Source: a bacterium
GTDB taxonomy: Bacteria; Omnitrophota; Gorgyraeia; Zapsychrales; Zapsychraceae
DNA: 64,000 nt
Direction of reading: 5' to 3'
NCBI GenBank assembly: GCA_030429765.1
Contig: JAUIER010000021.1
Coordinates: forward strand, 1,619 to 65,618
Translations under genes and position numbers: made by a program
Notes under the pieces: generated by a model
Databases searched by the model: none
What the model was told of the DNA's origin: nothing
The model's input: only the letters and a program-made list of their open reading frames with translations
In this document: positions 20,223 to 30,704 of the stretch, in pieces
How the letters are laid out: the number at the start of each line of letters is the position of its first letter
Numbering within the stretch: the stretch's first letter is position 1

Positions 20223-20840
20223 CTAGCCTTCGTCTCCGTCGATGGTTCCCAAATATCCCATGAATCCAAAGACACCGAACAGCAAGGTGCAGAGCGCCCC
20301 GATGACCATGACGGTATTGCTGAGAAAGCCGAGGATCGTATACATCAATCGTCCGGATGGCCGGTACATCCATCCCATGTTATCAATCTCTTTAATACGG
20401 TCGATGTTCCACTGGTATTCTTCAGCGACCCGCGGCCATTCGTGACGCGGCGTCAGCTGAATAAAATCCTGTACCGTATCCGTACCGATATCCCATAATC
20501 TGTCCCGGACCACCTGCATTTCATCATAAATGCGGTTTCGCTCGGTTCGCCCGGACTCACCATCCGGCTGTGCGTCGATTTGCTTTTCAAATTCACGAAT
20601 CTGAGCCTTGAGGTCCTTGACCTCTCTTACTGTATCGATATTCAAATGTCCCCGGTCGCTCATATATTGGTAAATCTTGGATTTGAGCTCAATATTCTTC
20701 TGGACCAATTTGGAGCGCTCCTTACCGATCGTCATCACCTTGCCTTTGGACAATCCGATAACGCCGGCGAGTCCCACCACAAAGATTCCCACACTGATGG
20801 ACGCCATGACAAACCACTCTTTAAAATGTCTGTTCATCAT
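20223..20840 (-). CDS. hypothetical membrane protein (TM, coiled coil, TM)
   Basis: 205-aa ORF tightly packed with neighbours. Confidence 0.6.
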   Translation of the reverse strand: MMNRHFKEWFVMASISVGIFVVGLAGVIGLSKGKVMTIGKERSKLVQKNIELKSKIYQYMSDRGHLNIDTVREVKDLKAQIREFEKQIDAQPDGESGRTERNRIYDEMQVVRDRLWDIGTDTVQDFIQLTPRHEWPRVAEEYQWNIDRIKEIDNMGWMYRPSGRLMYTILGFLSNTVMVIGALCTLLFGVFGFMGYLGTIDGDEG

Positions 20841-20882
20841 CGTAAACCTCGATTCCTTTTAGGCCTCTCACCTTTCATTTTA

Positions 20883-22376
20883 TCATGGATTGGGTTTCTG
20901 CCTAGCGTTTAAGATTTCATCACGCCGCTGCAGCGCTTTTTGATAATTGGGCGCGATTTTAACGGCCGCATTTAAGTGCTCTAGCGCCAAGTCGTCACGA
21001 TACAGCTTTTCATAGACAAGTGCAAGATTAAAATGTGCCAGTGCATTATGAGGATTCAGCTGAATTGAACGTCTTAAATCTTCGACGCCTTTAGAAAATG
21101 CTCCTTGACGAATAAACGCATTAGCCCGCTTTAGATATACAAAATCATTGTCGGGAAATCGATGAATGGCATCGCTCCAAAGCGCGATACTATACCGCCA
21201 TACATACGTCCGCTGATGCGTTTGAAACACCAACCCAACTGCGGCAAACAAGGCCAGCCCCAGCATCAACGATCTCGCCCGATGCTGATGCAATTGATTC
21301 CAAACCGCCAGGCCAATCCAGCCGACGGCAATCCACAACCCCAATCCCGGAAAATATATAAACCGCTCATAGATCAGCGAGGCATTCACCTTCACAAGAT
21401 GCAAGGCCGGGGCCATAAGGACGGCAAAGGCAAATAGCCCCCCGCTCACCACCGGCTGACGCCATCGGACAAGCACCCATGTAAAAACAATCAGTCCCAA
21501 CACAAACACAATGGCCATCTCGGTGATTTGGGCGGTGGTCAAAGGCATGATCGACTCGATCGGATAATAAGCACTTAGTCCAAAGGGGGCGAGCACCTTA
21601 ACAGCGTACATCGCCAGGGCATACCCGGACAACAGGACTTTTTCGACCACACCTATCCCCGGCAGATCCGGCCAAACCTGATTGGCTGAAACAATCGTCA
21701 CACCACCTATCATCAACGCGATAATCAAAAATGGCAGCATACGTTTCAAAGCACGCGCGAGTGACAACTGGTTGATCCAGATCCAGTAGCCGCCGATAAC
21801 GAACGGCAATGTGAGGGCCATGGGTTTACACAGCAACGAGGCTAAGAAGGCTATCAGTGCACCGACGTAATAAGGATTCATGGATGAGCGTTCTTTTCGT
21901 CCCGTCCCCTCTTCAACCCATAAAAGATTCAGGGCCAACAAAGCAAACATCGCGGCCAACAGATCCTTACGGGAAGAGATCCAGGCTACAGACTCGACTT
22001 GTAACGGATGAATGGCAAAAAGAAGTGTTGCTATCCACACCACCCCCTCCGCTAATCGCAAACGCGTGAGCAAAACAAAAACCCCGACGATATTCATGAT
22101 GTGCAGCAGGAGATTGACCGCATGGAAACCCGTGGGGTGCCCGCGGAACAAATGGGCATCGATCCCGAGGGAGATCATCGTCAAGGGATAGTATCGGCCT
22201 TCCACCGGTTGTGTGAAGACCTGCCCGACAGATTTGAGTGTCAAGGACTGAACCAGCGGATTCCGAAGGATGAATAAGTCATCATCCCAATTGACGAATC
22301 CGTGCTGCAGCACAGGGAGATAGATAATTATTGTAAGGAAACAAATGGAAAAAAGGATGGATAGGCGCGGCTTCAT
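20883..22376 (-). CDS. GT-C membrane glycosyltransferase with C-terminal TPR repeats (TMTC-like)
   Basis: FVNWDD, YYPLT, FHAVNLLLH, HPLQVESVAWISSRKD, ERFIY, TPR tail. Confidence 0.85.
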   Translation of the reverse strand: MKPRLSILFSICFLTIIIYLPVLQHGFVNWDDDLFILRNPLVQSLTLKSVGQVFTQPVEGRYYPLTMISLGIDAHLFRGHPTGFHAVNLLLHIMNIVGVFVLLTRLRLAEGVVWIATLLFAIHPLQVESVAWISSRKDLLAAMFALLALNLLWVEEGTGRKERSSMNPYYVGALIAFLASLLCKPMALTLPFVIGGYWIWINQLSLARALKRMLPFLIIALMIGGVTIVSANQVWPDLPGIGVVEKVLLSGYALAMYAVKVLAPFGLSAYYPIESIMPLTTAQITEMAIVFVLGLIVFTWVLVRWRQPVVSGGLFAFAVLMAPALHLVKVNASLIYERFIYFPGLGLWIAVGWIGLAVWNQLHQHRARSLMLGLALFAAVGLVFQTHQRTYVWRYSIALWSDAIHRFPDNDFVYLKRANAFIRQGAFSKGVEDLRRSIQLNPHNALAHFNLALVYEKLYRDDLALEHLNAAVKIAPNYQKALQRRDEILNARQKPNP

Positions 22377-22419
22377 GTCTGAACGTCACCTTTTGAAACT
22401 GCCGTTGGATTGATCTCAA

Positions 22420-22776
22420 TCAACCGAATTTTTCCTGTAGAAAGGCGTTGATATCGTTGGATTCATACATCCATTGGTCTTGACCGTCGGACGTGATCCT
22501 CAAGCACGGGACTTTGCGTTTGCCGCCCCCGTCCACTAACTGCTTCGCGATGTCCGGCTGCCGGGCGTCACGAAGCTCAATATTGAGGCCCAACCGTCGG
22601 ATCTGCCGCCGAACCTTAACGCAGAACGGACAGGTATGAAATTGATATAATGACATATGACGCGTTTGATCATCAACTTCAGCCTGTTCCGCTGCAGAAC
22701 GCGTCATCGGCCGCGGCCGGGTCAACGCGTCCCACGCGAGTATCATAGCTCCTAAAATGGCTCGGATGAATTTCAT
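22420..22776 (-). CDS. glutaredoxin family protein
   Basis: CPFC, KVPCL, MYESNDI. Confidence 0.88.
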   Translation of the reverse strand: MKFIRAILGAMILAWDALTRPRPMTRSAAEQAEVDDQTRHMSLYQFHTCPFCVKVRRQIRRLGLNIELRDARQPDIAKQLVDGGGKRKVPCLRITSDGQDQWMYESNDINAFLQEKFG

Positions 22777-22785
22777 CGATGCTCC

Positions 22786-23130
22786 CTAATGACCGTATTT
22801 TTCCGCGCATTGAATGCACATGACTGATTCCGGCAGGGCCTTCAGCCGCTCGATACCGATTGTTCCCTTGCAATAATGGCAGATGCCGAAGGTTCCGTCG
22901 TCGAGTTTTTTAAGGCCCTCTTCGAGTTTGAGGATATTGCTGCGGGCGGTCTTGAGATTGGCCTCCTGCATCTTCTGGATCTGGATGGCGTCCATACGCG
23001 TTAAGCGTCCCAACGAGACGTCCGGTTCGACAGGTTTGGAGGTCTCCTCTAGACTGGCCAAGTTCGACTTGATCTCTGCGATCCGTGCTTCGATCGCTGA
23101 CTTGAGCTCTGCTTTGTCTTCTGGCGTCAT
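22786..23130 (-). CDS. TraR/DksA C4-type zinc finger protein
   Basis: GRLTRMDA, FGICHYC...ERLKALP..CIQC. Confidence 0.9.
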   Translation of the reverse strand: MTPEDKAELKSAIEARIAEIKSNLASLEETSKPVEPDVSLGRLTRMDAIQIQKMQEANLKTARSNILKLEEGLKKLDDGTFGICHYCKGTIGIERLKALPESVMCIQCAEKYGH

Positions 23131-23138
23131 TTTCTCAA

Positions 23139-23480
23139 TTAGCCTTGAAACATTTTAAATAGGTATGTGTGAATCAAATATCCCGCCGCCAACAAGGCCG
23201 TTCCCATGAGGAATGATGCGACAAAATTTAGCTTCAGCCATTTGTGACAGATAAACGGAATAAAAAACAACATCGACAGCGGAACCGCCGCGACTATCGA
23301 TGTGGTAAACTTGTTGATTTTAAGCATATCCTGATGTTCAACATATGCGAACAGGATAGCGATCATAGAGGTCAGTGGTAACGCAATGATAAACCCGGCA
23401 AGCACCGGTTTACGGCCTGCAACCGATGACGCCAGCGCGATCAGGACAGCCGCCACTAAAATTTTGACAACGAAAAGCAT
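23139..23480 (-). CDS. small membrane protein (DUF3147-like)
   Basis: 4 TM; AGFIIALPLTS. Confidence 0.7.
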   Translation of the reverse strand: MLFVVKILVAAVLIALASSVAGRKPVLAGFIIALPLTSMIAILFAYVEHQDMLKINKFTTSIVAAVPLSMLFFIPFICHKWLKLNFVASFLMGTALLAAGYLIHTYLFKMFQG

Positions 23481-23591
23481 AGATCCGAACCTCTTGAAAG
23501 ATACTCTATCACAGATCGGAACGTTGCCCTAGACAAGATTACATAAATGTAACATCCAGGAATTAGATTTGCGGTAGATGGCAATCGGCGA

Positions 23592-23831
23592 TTATTTCTT
23601 GTGACGAAATGTGATCCGCCCCTTGCCCAGGTCGTACGGAGACAGGGCGACGGTAACCTTATCGCCCGGCAGAATTTTGATGAAGAATTTTCGAAGCTTG
23701 CCAGCCGGATACGCCGTCACCATGTGTCCGCCGTGGATCTCCACGGAAAACTTGGCATTGGATAATGCCTTGGTGACCACACCTTCGACTTCAATCGCTT
23801 CTTCTTTTGATGATGCTTCTTCTTTAGCCAT
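23592..23831 (-). CDS. infA: translation initiation factor IF-1
   Basis: Start MAKEE at 23831; [34 protein letters not shown]. Confidence 0.95.
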   Translation of the reverse strand: MAKEEASSKEEAIEVEGVVTKALSNAKFSVEIHGGHMVTAYPAGKLRKFFIKILPGDKVTVALSPYDLGKGRITFRHKK

Positions 23832-24147
23832 AAAAAGTTGTGTCCTTTGTTCGTTAAGTAAATTCGTTGACACCCGCCAATGGGTTGTATGTCCTGCAAA
23901 CCAACATCGCTGAGCGCCTGTATCTGCAATTATGAGCAATATTGAGCCAAATGTCAATTTTTGTTCACACAAGCTGTCCGGCAGAACGGAATATCCGCCT
24001 GACATCAAAGTCATTAATATAACACGGGTTGCCTAAAGTGCAACCCCTGGTTACAGGAATTGTTGTTCTGCAAGTTGGGCCTCAAAAATGCCACAGAATA
24101 GATTTTGGGTTTGCAAAATATCTCTAAGGCAGTATGATAGTAGTTCT

Positions 24148-26316
24148 ATGCCGAAAACAAAGCCCACAAAAATTATCACGGTGGCCAATCGGCTGCCGGT
24201 CACGATCTCCGACACGATCCGTAAATCCCCGGGTGGACTGGTTTCTGCCCTGGACGGTGTTAAAGAGGAGTTTCAGCTGCATTGGATCGGCTGGCCCGGG
24301 ATTGTCACCGATAATCCCAAGCGTCAAAAAGAGATCCGCCACCAATTAAGCAAATACGACTTCTCGCCTGTGTTCCTCTCCGAGAATGAAGTTGATGATT
24401 ATTATCAGGGCTATTCCAATTCGGCCCTCTGGCCGGCCTTTCATTATTTTCCGCATTATGTCCGCGTGGAAGATAACTGGTGGAAATCTTATCAGGAGGT
24501 CAATCGAAAATTTGCCGAGCGCATTATCAAAGAGGCTCAACCCGAAGACCTGATCTGGGTGCATGATTACCACCTGATGCTGGTACCCGGCTATGTCAAG
24601 AAGGTCCGACCGGAGCTCAAGATCGGATTCTTTCTACATACCCCCTTTCCTTCATATGAAATCTTCCGCTGCCTTCCGCATCGCAAAGAGATTCTCGAAG
24701 GTGTCATCCGAGCCGACTTGATCGGATTTCATACCTATGGTTACCTCAGGCATTTTCGCAGTTCATTGATACGACTGCTTAACATCGAGGCCGAGATGGA
24801 TGGATTCGGCCTGGATAACAAGCGCACATCGATGGGCGTCTTTCCAATCGGTATCAATGCCAAGTCATTTGTAGAAGGCATCAAAACGCCTGAATGCAAG
24901 AAGCATCTCAAACAGCTCAAGCAAACTTATAAGGGCCGCAAGATCGTCTTGAGTGTGGAACGGCTGGACTACACCAAGGGAGTGATTCGCCGTCTGCGCG
25001 CCATCGAAAAGTTTTTGCAGCGCCGCCCCAAGCATGATGATGTTGTGTTTATATTTATCAGTGTTCCATCACGAGATGTTGTCAAGGAGTACACCCAGCT
25101 GCGGGAAGACATCTCCAGCATGATCGGACGCATCAATGGGGCCTTTTCGGACATTCATCACACGCCGATCCATTTTATACATCGTTCGGTTGAGTTCTCC
25201 GAGCTTTGCGCGTTGTATTCAGCCGCGAGCGTTGCCTTTGTCACGCCGTTAATCGACGGGATGAATCTGGTGGCCAAGGAGTATCTGGCCTGCCACAAGG
25301 ATGGTAAGGGATCGTTGATCTTAAGCGAGTTTGCCGGCGCCGCGCATGAACTGTACGACGCGATCATCGTAAATCCGTACGATATCGAATCGATGGTCTC
25401 AGGATTAGAACGGGCCGTTGATACTGAGAGTCATGATCAGCACCGCTCGTCGATCATGCGTCAGCATATCTTGGAATATGATTCGCAGAATTGGGCGCGC
25501 GCCTTCATCCGCAGTCTGGTGCACACGCCGGATTACCGCTCACCTTCATCTCAAACCAATGAATCTCTGAAACGGATGGTCCAATCGGTCCGAAAGGCCA
25601 AGTCTGCCGCCGTCTTTCTGGACTATGACGGCACCTTACGTGAGTTCGAGCGCTATCCCCGTCATGCCAAACCTACACAGGATATTCTCAAACTGCTCAA
25701 AAAACTTGCGTCCAAATTTGATGTATATATCCTCAGCGGACGAAAATCCGAGGATCTCCAGGAATGGATGGGACAACTGCCGATCACATTAATCAGTGAA
25801 CACGGCTATCAGATTCGCTTCGCGGGACACGAAAAATGGAAACGCATGCAGAAATCTTTAAATCTCTCATGGAAACAACAGATCCTCGAGATCCTGGAAC
25901 GCTATGTCGCGACGACGCCCGGTAGCTTTATCGAAGATAAAAATTGCGCGATTGTCTGGCATTATAAACGATCTGACCCGGAATTCGGCGCGTGGAAATC
26001 TCAGCTTCTGCTCGGCATGCTTTCCGAAATGACCGGCAACCTCCCGGTGGAAGTCCATCAGGGCCACTTCACTATTCAGATCAGCGCGGTGCAGGTCAGT
26101 AAAGGCGCGGCGATTCAGCAGTGTCTGAGTAAAAAGAACTACGATATGATCCTCTGTGCCGGTGACGATCAGACCGACGAGAATATGTTCCGGGTTGACC
26201 ATCCGGCCTTGCAATCGATCAAGGTGGGTGACGGTGAGACCGCCGCCGCCTTCCAGGTCAAGGATCCGTCAGCCCTGCGGTCACTGCTCAACAAACTGGC
26301 GGCACCGGCAAAATAG
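24148..26316 (+). CDS. otsAB: bifunctional trehalose-6-phosphate synthase/phosphatase
   Basis: VANRLP, GGLVSAL, WVHDYHL, ERLDYTKG, DGMNLVAKE; HAD domain DYDGTL and GDDQTDE. Confidence 0.95.
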   Translation: MPKTKPTKIITVANRLPVTISDTIRKSPGGLVSALDGVKEEFQLHWIGWPGIVTDNPKRQKEIRHQLSKYDFSPVFLSENEVDDYYQGYSNSALWPAFHYFPHYVRVEDNWWKSYQEVNRKFAERIIKEAQPEDLIWVHDYHLMLVPGYVKKVRPELKIGFFLHTPFPSYEIFRCLPHRKEILEGVIRADLIGFHTYGYLRHFRSSLIRLLNIEAEMDGFGLDNKRTSMGVFPIGINAKSFVEGIKTPECKKHLKQLKQTYKGRKIVLSVERLDYTKGVIRRLRAIEKFLQRRPKHDDVVFIFISVPSRDVVKEYTQLREDISSMIGRINGAFSDIHHTPIHFIHRSVEFSELCALYSAASVAFVTPLIDGMNLVAKEYLACHKDGKGSLILSEFAGAAHELYDAIIVNPYDIESMVSGLERAVDTESHDQHRSSIMRQHILEYDSQNWARAFIRSLVHTPDYRSPSSQTNESLKRMVQSVRKAKSAAVFLDYDGTLREFERYPRHAKPTQDILKLLKKLASKFDVYILSGRKSEDLQEWMGQLPITLISEHGYQIRFAGHEKWKRMQKSLNLSWKQQILEILERYVATTPGSFIEDKNCAIVWHYKRSDPEFGAWKSQLLLGMLSEMTGNLPVEVHQGHFTIQISAVQVSKGAAIQQCLSKKNYDMILCAGDDQTDENMFRVDHPALQSIKVGDGETAAAFQVKDPSALRSLLNKLAAPAK

Positions 26317-26324
26317 GCAATCCG

Positions 26325-26720
26325 ATGCATCAGCTCAAACTCAAAACCACTCAACGCGATCAAATTATCGACATCTCGCCGCAATGCGCCGACTTTGTCG
26401 CCTCACAGGATCTAACGGAAGGGATCTTACTCGTCTACTGCCCGCACACCACCGCGGCAATATCCGTCAATGAAAACTATGATCCCGATGTCAAATCTGA
26501 CATGTTGCGATTCATGCGGGACTTGATCCCCCAAAATGCCGGATTTGATCACGCAGAGGGCAACAGCGACTCTCACATCAAAGCCGGTCTCTTCAATTTC
26601 TCACAGGCATTCATTGTTGCCGATGGCAAGATTCAATTAGGGCAATGGCAAGGCGTCTACTTTATGGAATTCGACGGCCCCCGACACCGAACGGTGTGGC
26701 TGAAAGGTATGGCGGGTTGA
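26325..26720 (+). CDS. yjbQ: YjbQ (UPF0047) family protein
   Basis: HTTAA..NE..DPDV, GNSDSHIK, LGQWQG..EFDGPR. Confidence 0.92.
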   Translation: MHQLKLKTTQRDQIIDISPQCADFVASQDLTEGILLVYCPHTTAAISVNENYDPDVKSDMLRFMRDLIPQNAGFDHAEGNSDSHIKAGLFNFSQAFIVADGKIQLGQWQGVYFMEFDGPRHRTVWLKGMAG

Positions 26721-27326
26721 TTATTTACCTTTAAGCTGCTTGCGAATGGTTTTGACCATAAAGCGCACATCATCATCCGGCCAGAACAGGTCCTTGACCA
26801 ATCCATCCGCTCCAATTAAATAAATATATGAGGTATGATCAATCAGATATCCCAGCGCGGATTCCGTCCGCACTTTTTCATACCACGCCTTGTAAGACTT
26901 GACCACCGAATCAACATCTTCCTGTGTGCCGGTCAATCCAATACCGTTGACCTTGAAGTAATTCAGGTATTCCCGGATTTTCTCGACGGTATCACGCTCT
27001 GTATCCACGGAGACAAATACGGTGATCACTTGTTCCCGTTCAGCCTCGCTCAATTGACTGTACACGCGGCTGACACGCGACAAGGTGAGTGGGCACACAT
27101 CCGGACACGAAAGATAACCGAAGAATAATAGCACCAGCTTGCCTCGGACATCTTTAAGCTCAAAGGTCTCGCCGTTCTGATCCGTTAACGTAAAATTGGC
27201 GCTGGGATTAAACGTTGACAGATCCTTCCCTCCCGGCCCGGTGCCGGCTGCGACCGGTTGGCCCATGAGACACCCAGCAAGCGCCACACTCAAGATCCAG
27301 ACTAACGAATGGTTTTTAAATTTCAT
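26721..27326 (-). CDS. SCO family copper chaperone
   Basis: FFGYLSCPDVCP, DHTS; start is within the ATGATGATG run behind AAGGAG (27326-27332). Confidence 0.92.
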   Translation of the reverse strand: MKFKNHSLVWILSVALAGCLMGQPVAAGTGPGGKDLSTFNPSANFTLTDQNGETFELKDVRGKLVLLFFGYLSCPDVCPLTLSRVSRVYSQLSEAEREQVITVFVSVDTERDTVEKIREYLNYFKVNGIGLTGTQEDVDSVVKSYKAWYEKVRTESALGYLIDHTSYIYLIGADGLVKDLFWPDDDVRFMVKTIRKQLKGK

Positions 27327-27336
27327 CATCATCTCC

Positions 27337-27864
27337 TTAATGACTACCCTTATGACTCCCTTTGTGACTGCCCTTGTGGCTGCCTTTATGACTGCCCTTG
27401 TCGTCCGCATCCATATCCATGGGATGCTTTACAATCGCCCGGGTATGATAGCGGTCACCGTTAGCCAATACCAGGGAGATGTTGACGTGACCGTCCGTTT
27501 GCAGCTCTCGGGTTAATCCGATCAGCATCACATGCAGACCGCCTGGTTCAAACAAGACCGTCTCGCCGGGATTAATCTCTATTGAAGGCAATTGCGCCAT
27601 ACGCATGACACCATCAACGGTTTCCATGGTATGGAGTTCGACATGTTCCGCGACGGAACTCTCGGCCGCGACGATTGTGATCATTCGCTCGCTCATGTTG
27701 GTGACATCCATGTAGGCCGCGGTGTTCATCACCGACGGCGGCATTCCTTTCACCCAGGCGTTGTCAATCCGGATCTCCGGATCGTGGGCCACCCCGGGGC
27801 GCGTAACGATCAGCATGGTCGTAATGGCGGCTATAAAGGCTACACATACTCTTGATTTAATCAT
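27337..27864 (-). CDS. PCu(A)C periplasmic copper chaperone with His-rich tail
   Basis: Signal peptide; ELHTM...MRM...PGGLHVMLIGL; (KGSH)5 tail. Confidence 0.92.
   Translation of the reverse strand: MIKSRVCVAFIAAITTMLIVTRPGVAHDPEIRIDNAWVKGMPPSVMNTAAYMDVTNMSERMITIVAAESSVAEHVELHTMETVDGVMRMAQLPSIEINPGETVLFEPGGLHVMLIGLTRELQTDGHVNISLVLANGDRYHTRAIVKHPMDMDADDKGSHKGSHKGSHKGSHKGSH
27340..27399 (-). repeat. five imperfect 12-bp tandem repeats encoding KGSH
   Basis: Units differ at synonymous positions while the peptide is invariant. Confidence 0.9.
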
Positions 27865-28286
27865 GGTGACGACTCCTTTGATTGATCAGATTTTTGAAGG
27901 GATTCCAGATATTTAGCAATGGCATTGAGTTCGTTGGTTGGCAGATGATCATACTTGGGCATCGCGCTGCCCTGCCGGCGAATTCCATTTTTAATCGACT
28001 GACGGATAGCCGGCGCCGTGTTCCCTTGTAAATACGCGTTTGGATCGTGCAAGTTGATCGGCCGCGGATAAAAACGTTCCGCGGTCAGCCCGTCGCCCCG
28101 TCCTTCTTTGCCGTGACAAACCGCGCAACCATGCATCAAGTAGTACTCACGACCTTCCTCGATTAACTTGAGATCTCTTGCTGATACAACATCGGGGTCC
28201 GCGGAATTATTCCCGCATCCTGTGCTGAGTAAGAGTCCGGCGGTGAGGACTCCGATCGACATAAGAAAGACAACATGCTTTGCCAT
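27861..28286 (-). CDS. monoheme cytochrome c lipoprotein
   Basis: STGC lipobox, CAVCHG.EGRGDG, AMP. Confidence 0.88.
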   Translation of the reverse strand: MAKHVVFLMSIGVLTAGLLLSTGCGNNSADPDVVSARDLKLIEEGREYYLMHGCAVCHGKEGRGDGLTAERFYPRPINLHDPNAYLQGNTAPAIRQSIKNGIRRQGSAMPKYDHLPTNELNAIAKYLESLQKSDQSKESSP

Positions 28287-28373
28287 AGGTCTGGTTTGTA
28301 TGAATAGGTTCGACGGGTAAGAATAAGCTAGTATTTTAAGCGATTTTCAGGAAAAGTAAAGGTCGGCGTAGAC

Positions 28374-28691
28374 CTATGGAGTTTTGTGCCCCCAGAATCC
28401 GTCGCATTTGGAGACCGTGACATCGCCTAGCACACAACATTGACAGGCCAGCCTGAGCGGGGAACCCGATTTATGCGGAGGAAAGCCTAATCGCCAATGC
28501 TCCATGGCTGTCTTATCCGTTACTTGACCCTTGATAAGAACCGCGCACGTGCCGCAGCTGCCGAATCCCCGGCAGTTGATCCAGCGGGCCTTGCCGTTAT
28601 AAGGAGAGAGTCCATGTCTGAGCAGGGCGCGCCGCAGGTTTTCGCCATGGGCCACTTGAATTTGGGTTGATCCGAAACTTATGACGGGCAT
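28374..28691 (-). CDS. 2Fe-2S ferredoxin
   Basis: CRGFGSCGTC...RLACQ. Confidence 0.9.
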   Translation of the reverse strand: MPVISFGSTQIQVAHGENLRRALLRHGLSPYNGKARWINCRGFGSCGTCAVLIKGQVTDKTAMEHWRLGFPPHKSGSPLRLACQCCVLGDVTVSKCDGFWGHKTP

Positions 28692-28700
28692 GAGAGATCC

Positions 28701-29078
28701 TTACGCATCATCCGCCTGCCACACATTCGCCTTGAGATCTTCAAGTCGAATAATGTTTAATGCGGATGCATCCGTCGCCTCTAAAATAACCTTGGGCGCC
28801 GCGCCGAATTCAAAGGCCTGCTGCCAACGGGCCGCGCACAGACACCACTGATCTCCGGGAATGAGTCCCGGAAAATCATATTCCGGACGGGGTGTTGACA
28901 GATCATTGCCCGCCGCCTTGGTGAATTCCAAAAATGCCTGCGTTAACCGGACACACACGGTGTGCTGCCCGAAATCTTCCGGACCGGTCCGGCAGTATCC
29001 GTCACGGTAAAAACCGGTCATCGGAAATTTACAGCAAGGTTGGAGCGCTGTCCCCAGGACATTGATAGGTGTGTTCAT
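28701..29078 (-). CDS. DUF2237 family protein
   Basis: NVLG, TGFYRDGYC, GNDLSTP, WCLCAARW. Confidence 0.9.
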   Translation of the reverse strand: MNTPINVLGTALQPCCKFPMTGFYRDGYCRTGPEDFGQHTVCVRLTQAFLEFTKAAGNDLSTPRPEYDFPGLIPGDQWCLCAARWQQAFEFGAAPKVILEATDASALNIIRLEDLKANVWQADDA

Positions 29079-29097
29079 AAAATCCTTTAGATGAAAA

Positions 29098-29475
29098 TTA
29101 CAGGTTGGAAAAAATATCGATTTGATTACCGTCAGGATCCAGAAGGCAGGCATAGCGCTGCCCCCAAAACGCGTCCCATGGCGCGCGCAGTCCGGTAAAA
29201 CCGGCGGCGGTGATTTGATCGTACAACTGATTGACGACCGACGGTGATTCCTGTTTGAACGCCAGCACCAATCCGTTGCCGGGCTTGGGCGACCAGTCGG
29301 GATTGAACTTTTGGGTCAACTCCACGCTGTCCAGCATGATTCGCACACCGCTTGGGGTGGTCCCTTCATAATGCCCCTCTCCGGACTGTTCAGTTAAATC
29401 TACGCCCAGAAATCCATAAAATAATTGTGATTGAGCGGTATCGGCGCTGACGATTCCAATCGCGTCCAGGCTCAT
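29098..29475 (-). CDS. VOC/glyoxalase family protein
   Basis: PWDAFWGQRYA..DPDGN. Confidence 0.9.
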   Translation of the reverse strand: MSLDAIGIVSADTAQSQLFYGFLGVDLTEQSGEGHYEGTTPSGVRIMLDSVELTQKFNPDWSPKPGNGLVLAFKQESPSVVNQLYDQITAAGFTGLRAPWDAFWGQRYACLLDPDGNQIDIFSNL

Positions 29476-29486
29476 AGCAGTCCTTT

Positions 29487-29942
29487 CTAATTGGCAAAGA
29501 TGTCATCCGGATCATACAATCCAAACACATCCGTGGAATATCCACTCTTTGACCAATTCAATGTGTAATTGGTTTTGTCGTTGGTTTCGGGATTTCCATA
29601 GAGAGTGATCTTGGCCCGCCCGTATTCGGTTTGCCCCCTCCTCGGAGAGTAGCCCTTGATATCAATTACCATATAGTATTTTGGAAGGGATCCGGTCATG
29701 TGCGACCAGATATATCCCAGCGGCGGGGCTGTCTTAATGGATGAATACTGCAGACCGTCAATGACCATCTCACGGCGCTTAAGGATTTCCACGCCATGCG
29801 GGTATGGCTTGACAAACATCATCGCCCACTGATGACGCACCGTCATCGAAAAGTAAAAAATCATCAGCACCGCGAGTGCAAACATGATCGCGATAAAGTA
29901 ATACCTGATCAGCCAAGTGTTGATTCCACGGTTGCGGGTCAT
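29487..29942 (-). CDS. hypothetical protein with N-terminal TM
   Basis: 151-aa ORF co-oriented with neighbours. Confidence 0.55.
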   Translation of the reverse strand: MTRNRGINTWLIRYYFIAIMFALAVLMIFYFSMTVRHQWAMMFVKPYPHGVEILKRREMVIDGLQYSSIKTAPPLGYIWSHMTGSLPKYYMVIDIKGYSPRRGQTEYGRAKITLYGNPETNDKTNYTLNWSKSGYSTDVFGLYDPDDIFAN

Positions 29943-30008
29943 ACTTCAATCATAGCCCAATATGCGTGGTTTTGCAATCCGAGCACAAAAAATTTGATTT
30001 CAGCCTGT

Positions 30009-30398
30009 CTATTTCCGAAACACCCACCATTTAAATACCACAAAGGTGAAAATAGCGGTTAACGCGGTGGCGATGATCAAGGCGGTTCGGACCCTCTCGG
30101 GATAGAAATATAGGATCAGCTGGTTGATCCCGATGTTGACAACCAGGGCCAAGGTGTTGGCGATGACAAAGCGGCCGACTTCATTGGCGGATTGTCCTTG
30201 AGATTCAAAGGTCCACATTTTATTTAGCAAATAACCTAATACGCCACCGGCCGTAAATGAGATCCCCTTGGCCAGCGCAGATGGCATCATCGGCTGAAGC
30301 AGCAAATACATCCCCATATCGGTTCCGACCACCAAAGCGCCGCTGACGGTGAACCGTATCATCTGCGTGGCTGTGTGACTGGATAGGGCCTCGCTCAT
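30009..30398 (-). CDS. GtrA family protein
   Basis: RF..SG, LNKMWTF, KWWVF; ATGA overlap with the upstream ORF. Confidence 0.88.
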   Translation of the reverse strand: MSEALSSHTATQMIRFTVSGALVVGTDMGMYLLLQPMMPSALAKGISFTAGGVLGYLLNKMWTFESQGQSANEVGRFVIANTLALVVNIGINQLILYFYPERVRTALIIATALTAIFTFVVFKWWVFRK

Positions 30399-30691
30399 GA
30401 AACAATGGCCTCCCCGATATACTTGATCAACTTGAACGGGAGCACAATGATTTCTTTGGCTCCCCAAATCACTGTTTTCAACAGACCATGATTTTCTTCC
30501 GTGGCAATTTCTGTTTCGATCGGTCGTGTGTGGCTGTTGGCTTCGGTGACCACCCCGCTTGTCCCCGTCGAATAAGTCGCGGTGGCAGTTGATTCGGCCT
30601 CAACGACGACTCCCCTGTCAACCTGAATAACCACACAGATAAACATCCCCATAACAATGCGAACTAAAAAATGTAGACGACGGATTTTCAT
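30395..30691 (-). CDS. hypothetical secreted/membrane protein
   Basis: GGAAGG RBS, MKIRR start, hydrophobic N-terminus. Confidence 0.55.
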   Translation of the reverse strand: MKIRRLHFLVRIVMGMFICVVIQVDRGVVVEAESTATATYSTGTSGVVTEANSHTRPIETEIATEENHGLLKTVIWGAKEIIVLPFKLIKYIGEAIVS

Positions 30692-30704
30692 AGTCGATCC
30701 TTCC

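Noticed and set aside
23832-24014. Long N-terminal extension on IF-1
   Set aside because: Canonical MAKEE start at 23831; the extension has no recognisable features.
27333-27410. Repetitive N-terminus on the SCO ORF (TRAVIKAATRAV...)
   Set aside because: Alternate-frame reading of the KGSH repeat.
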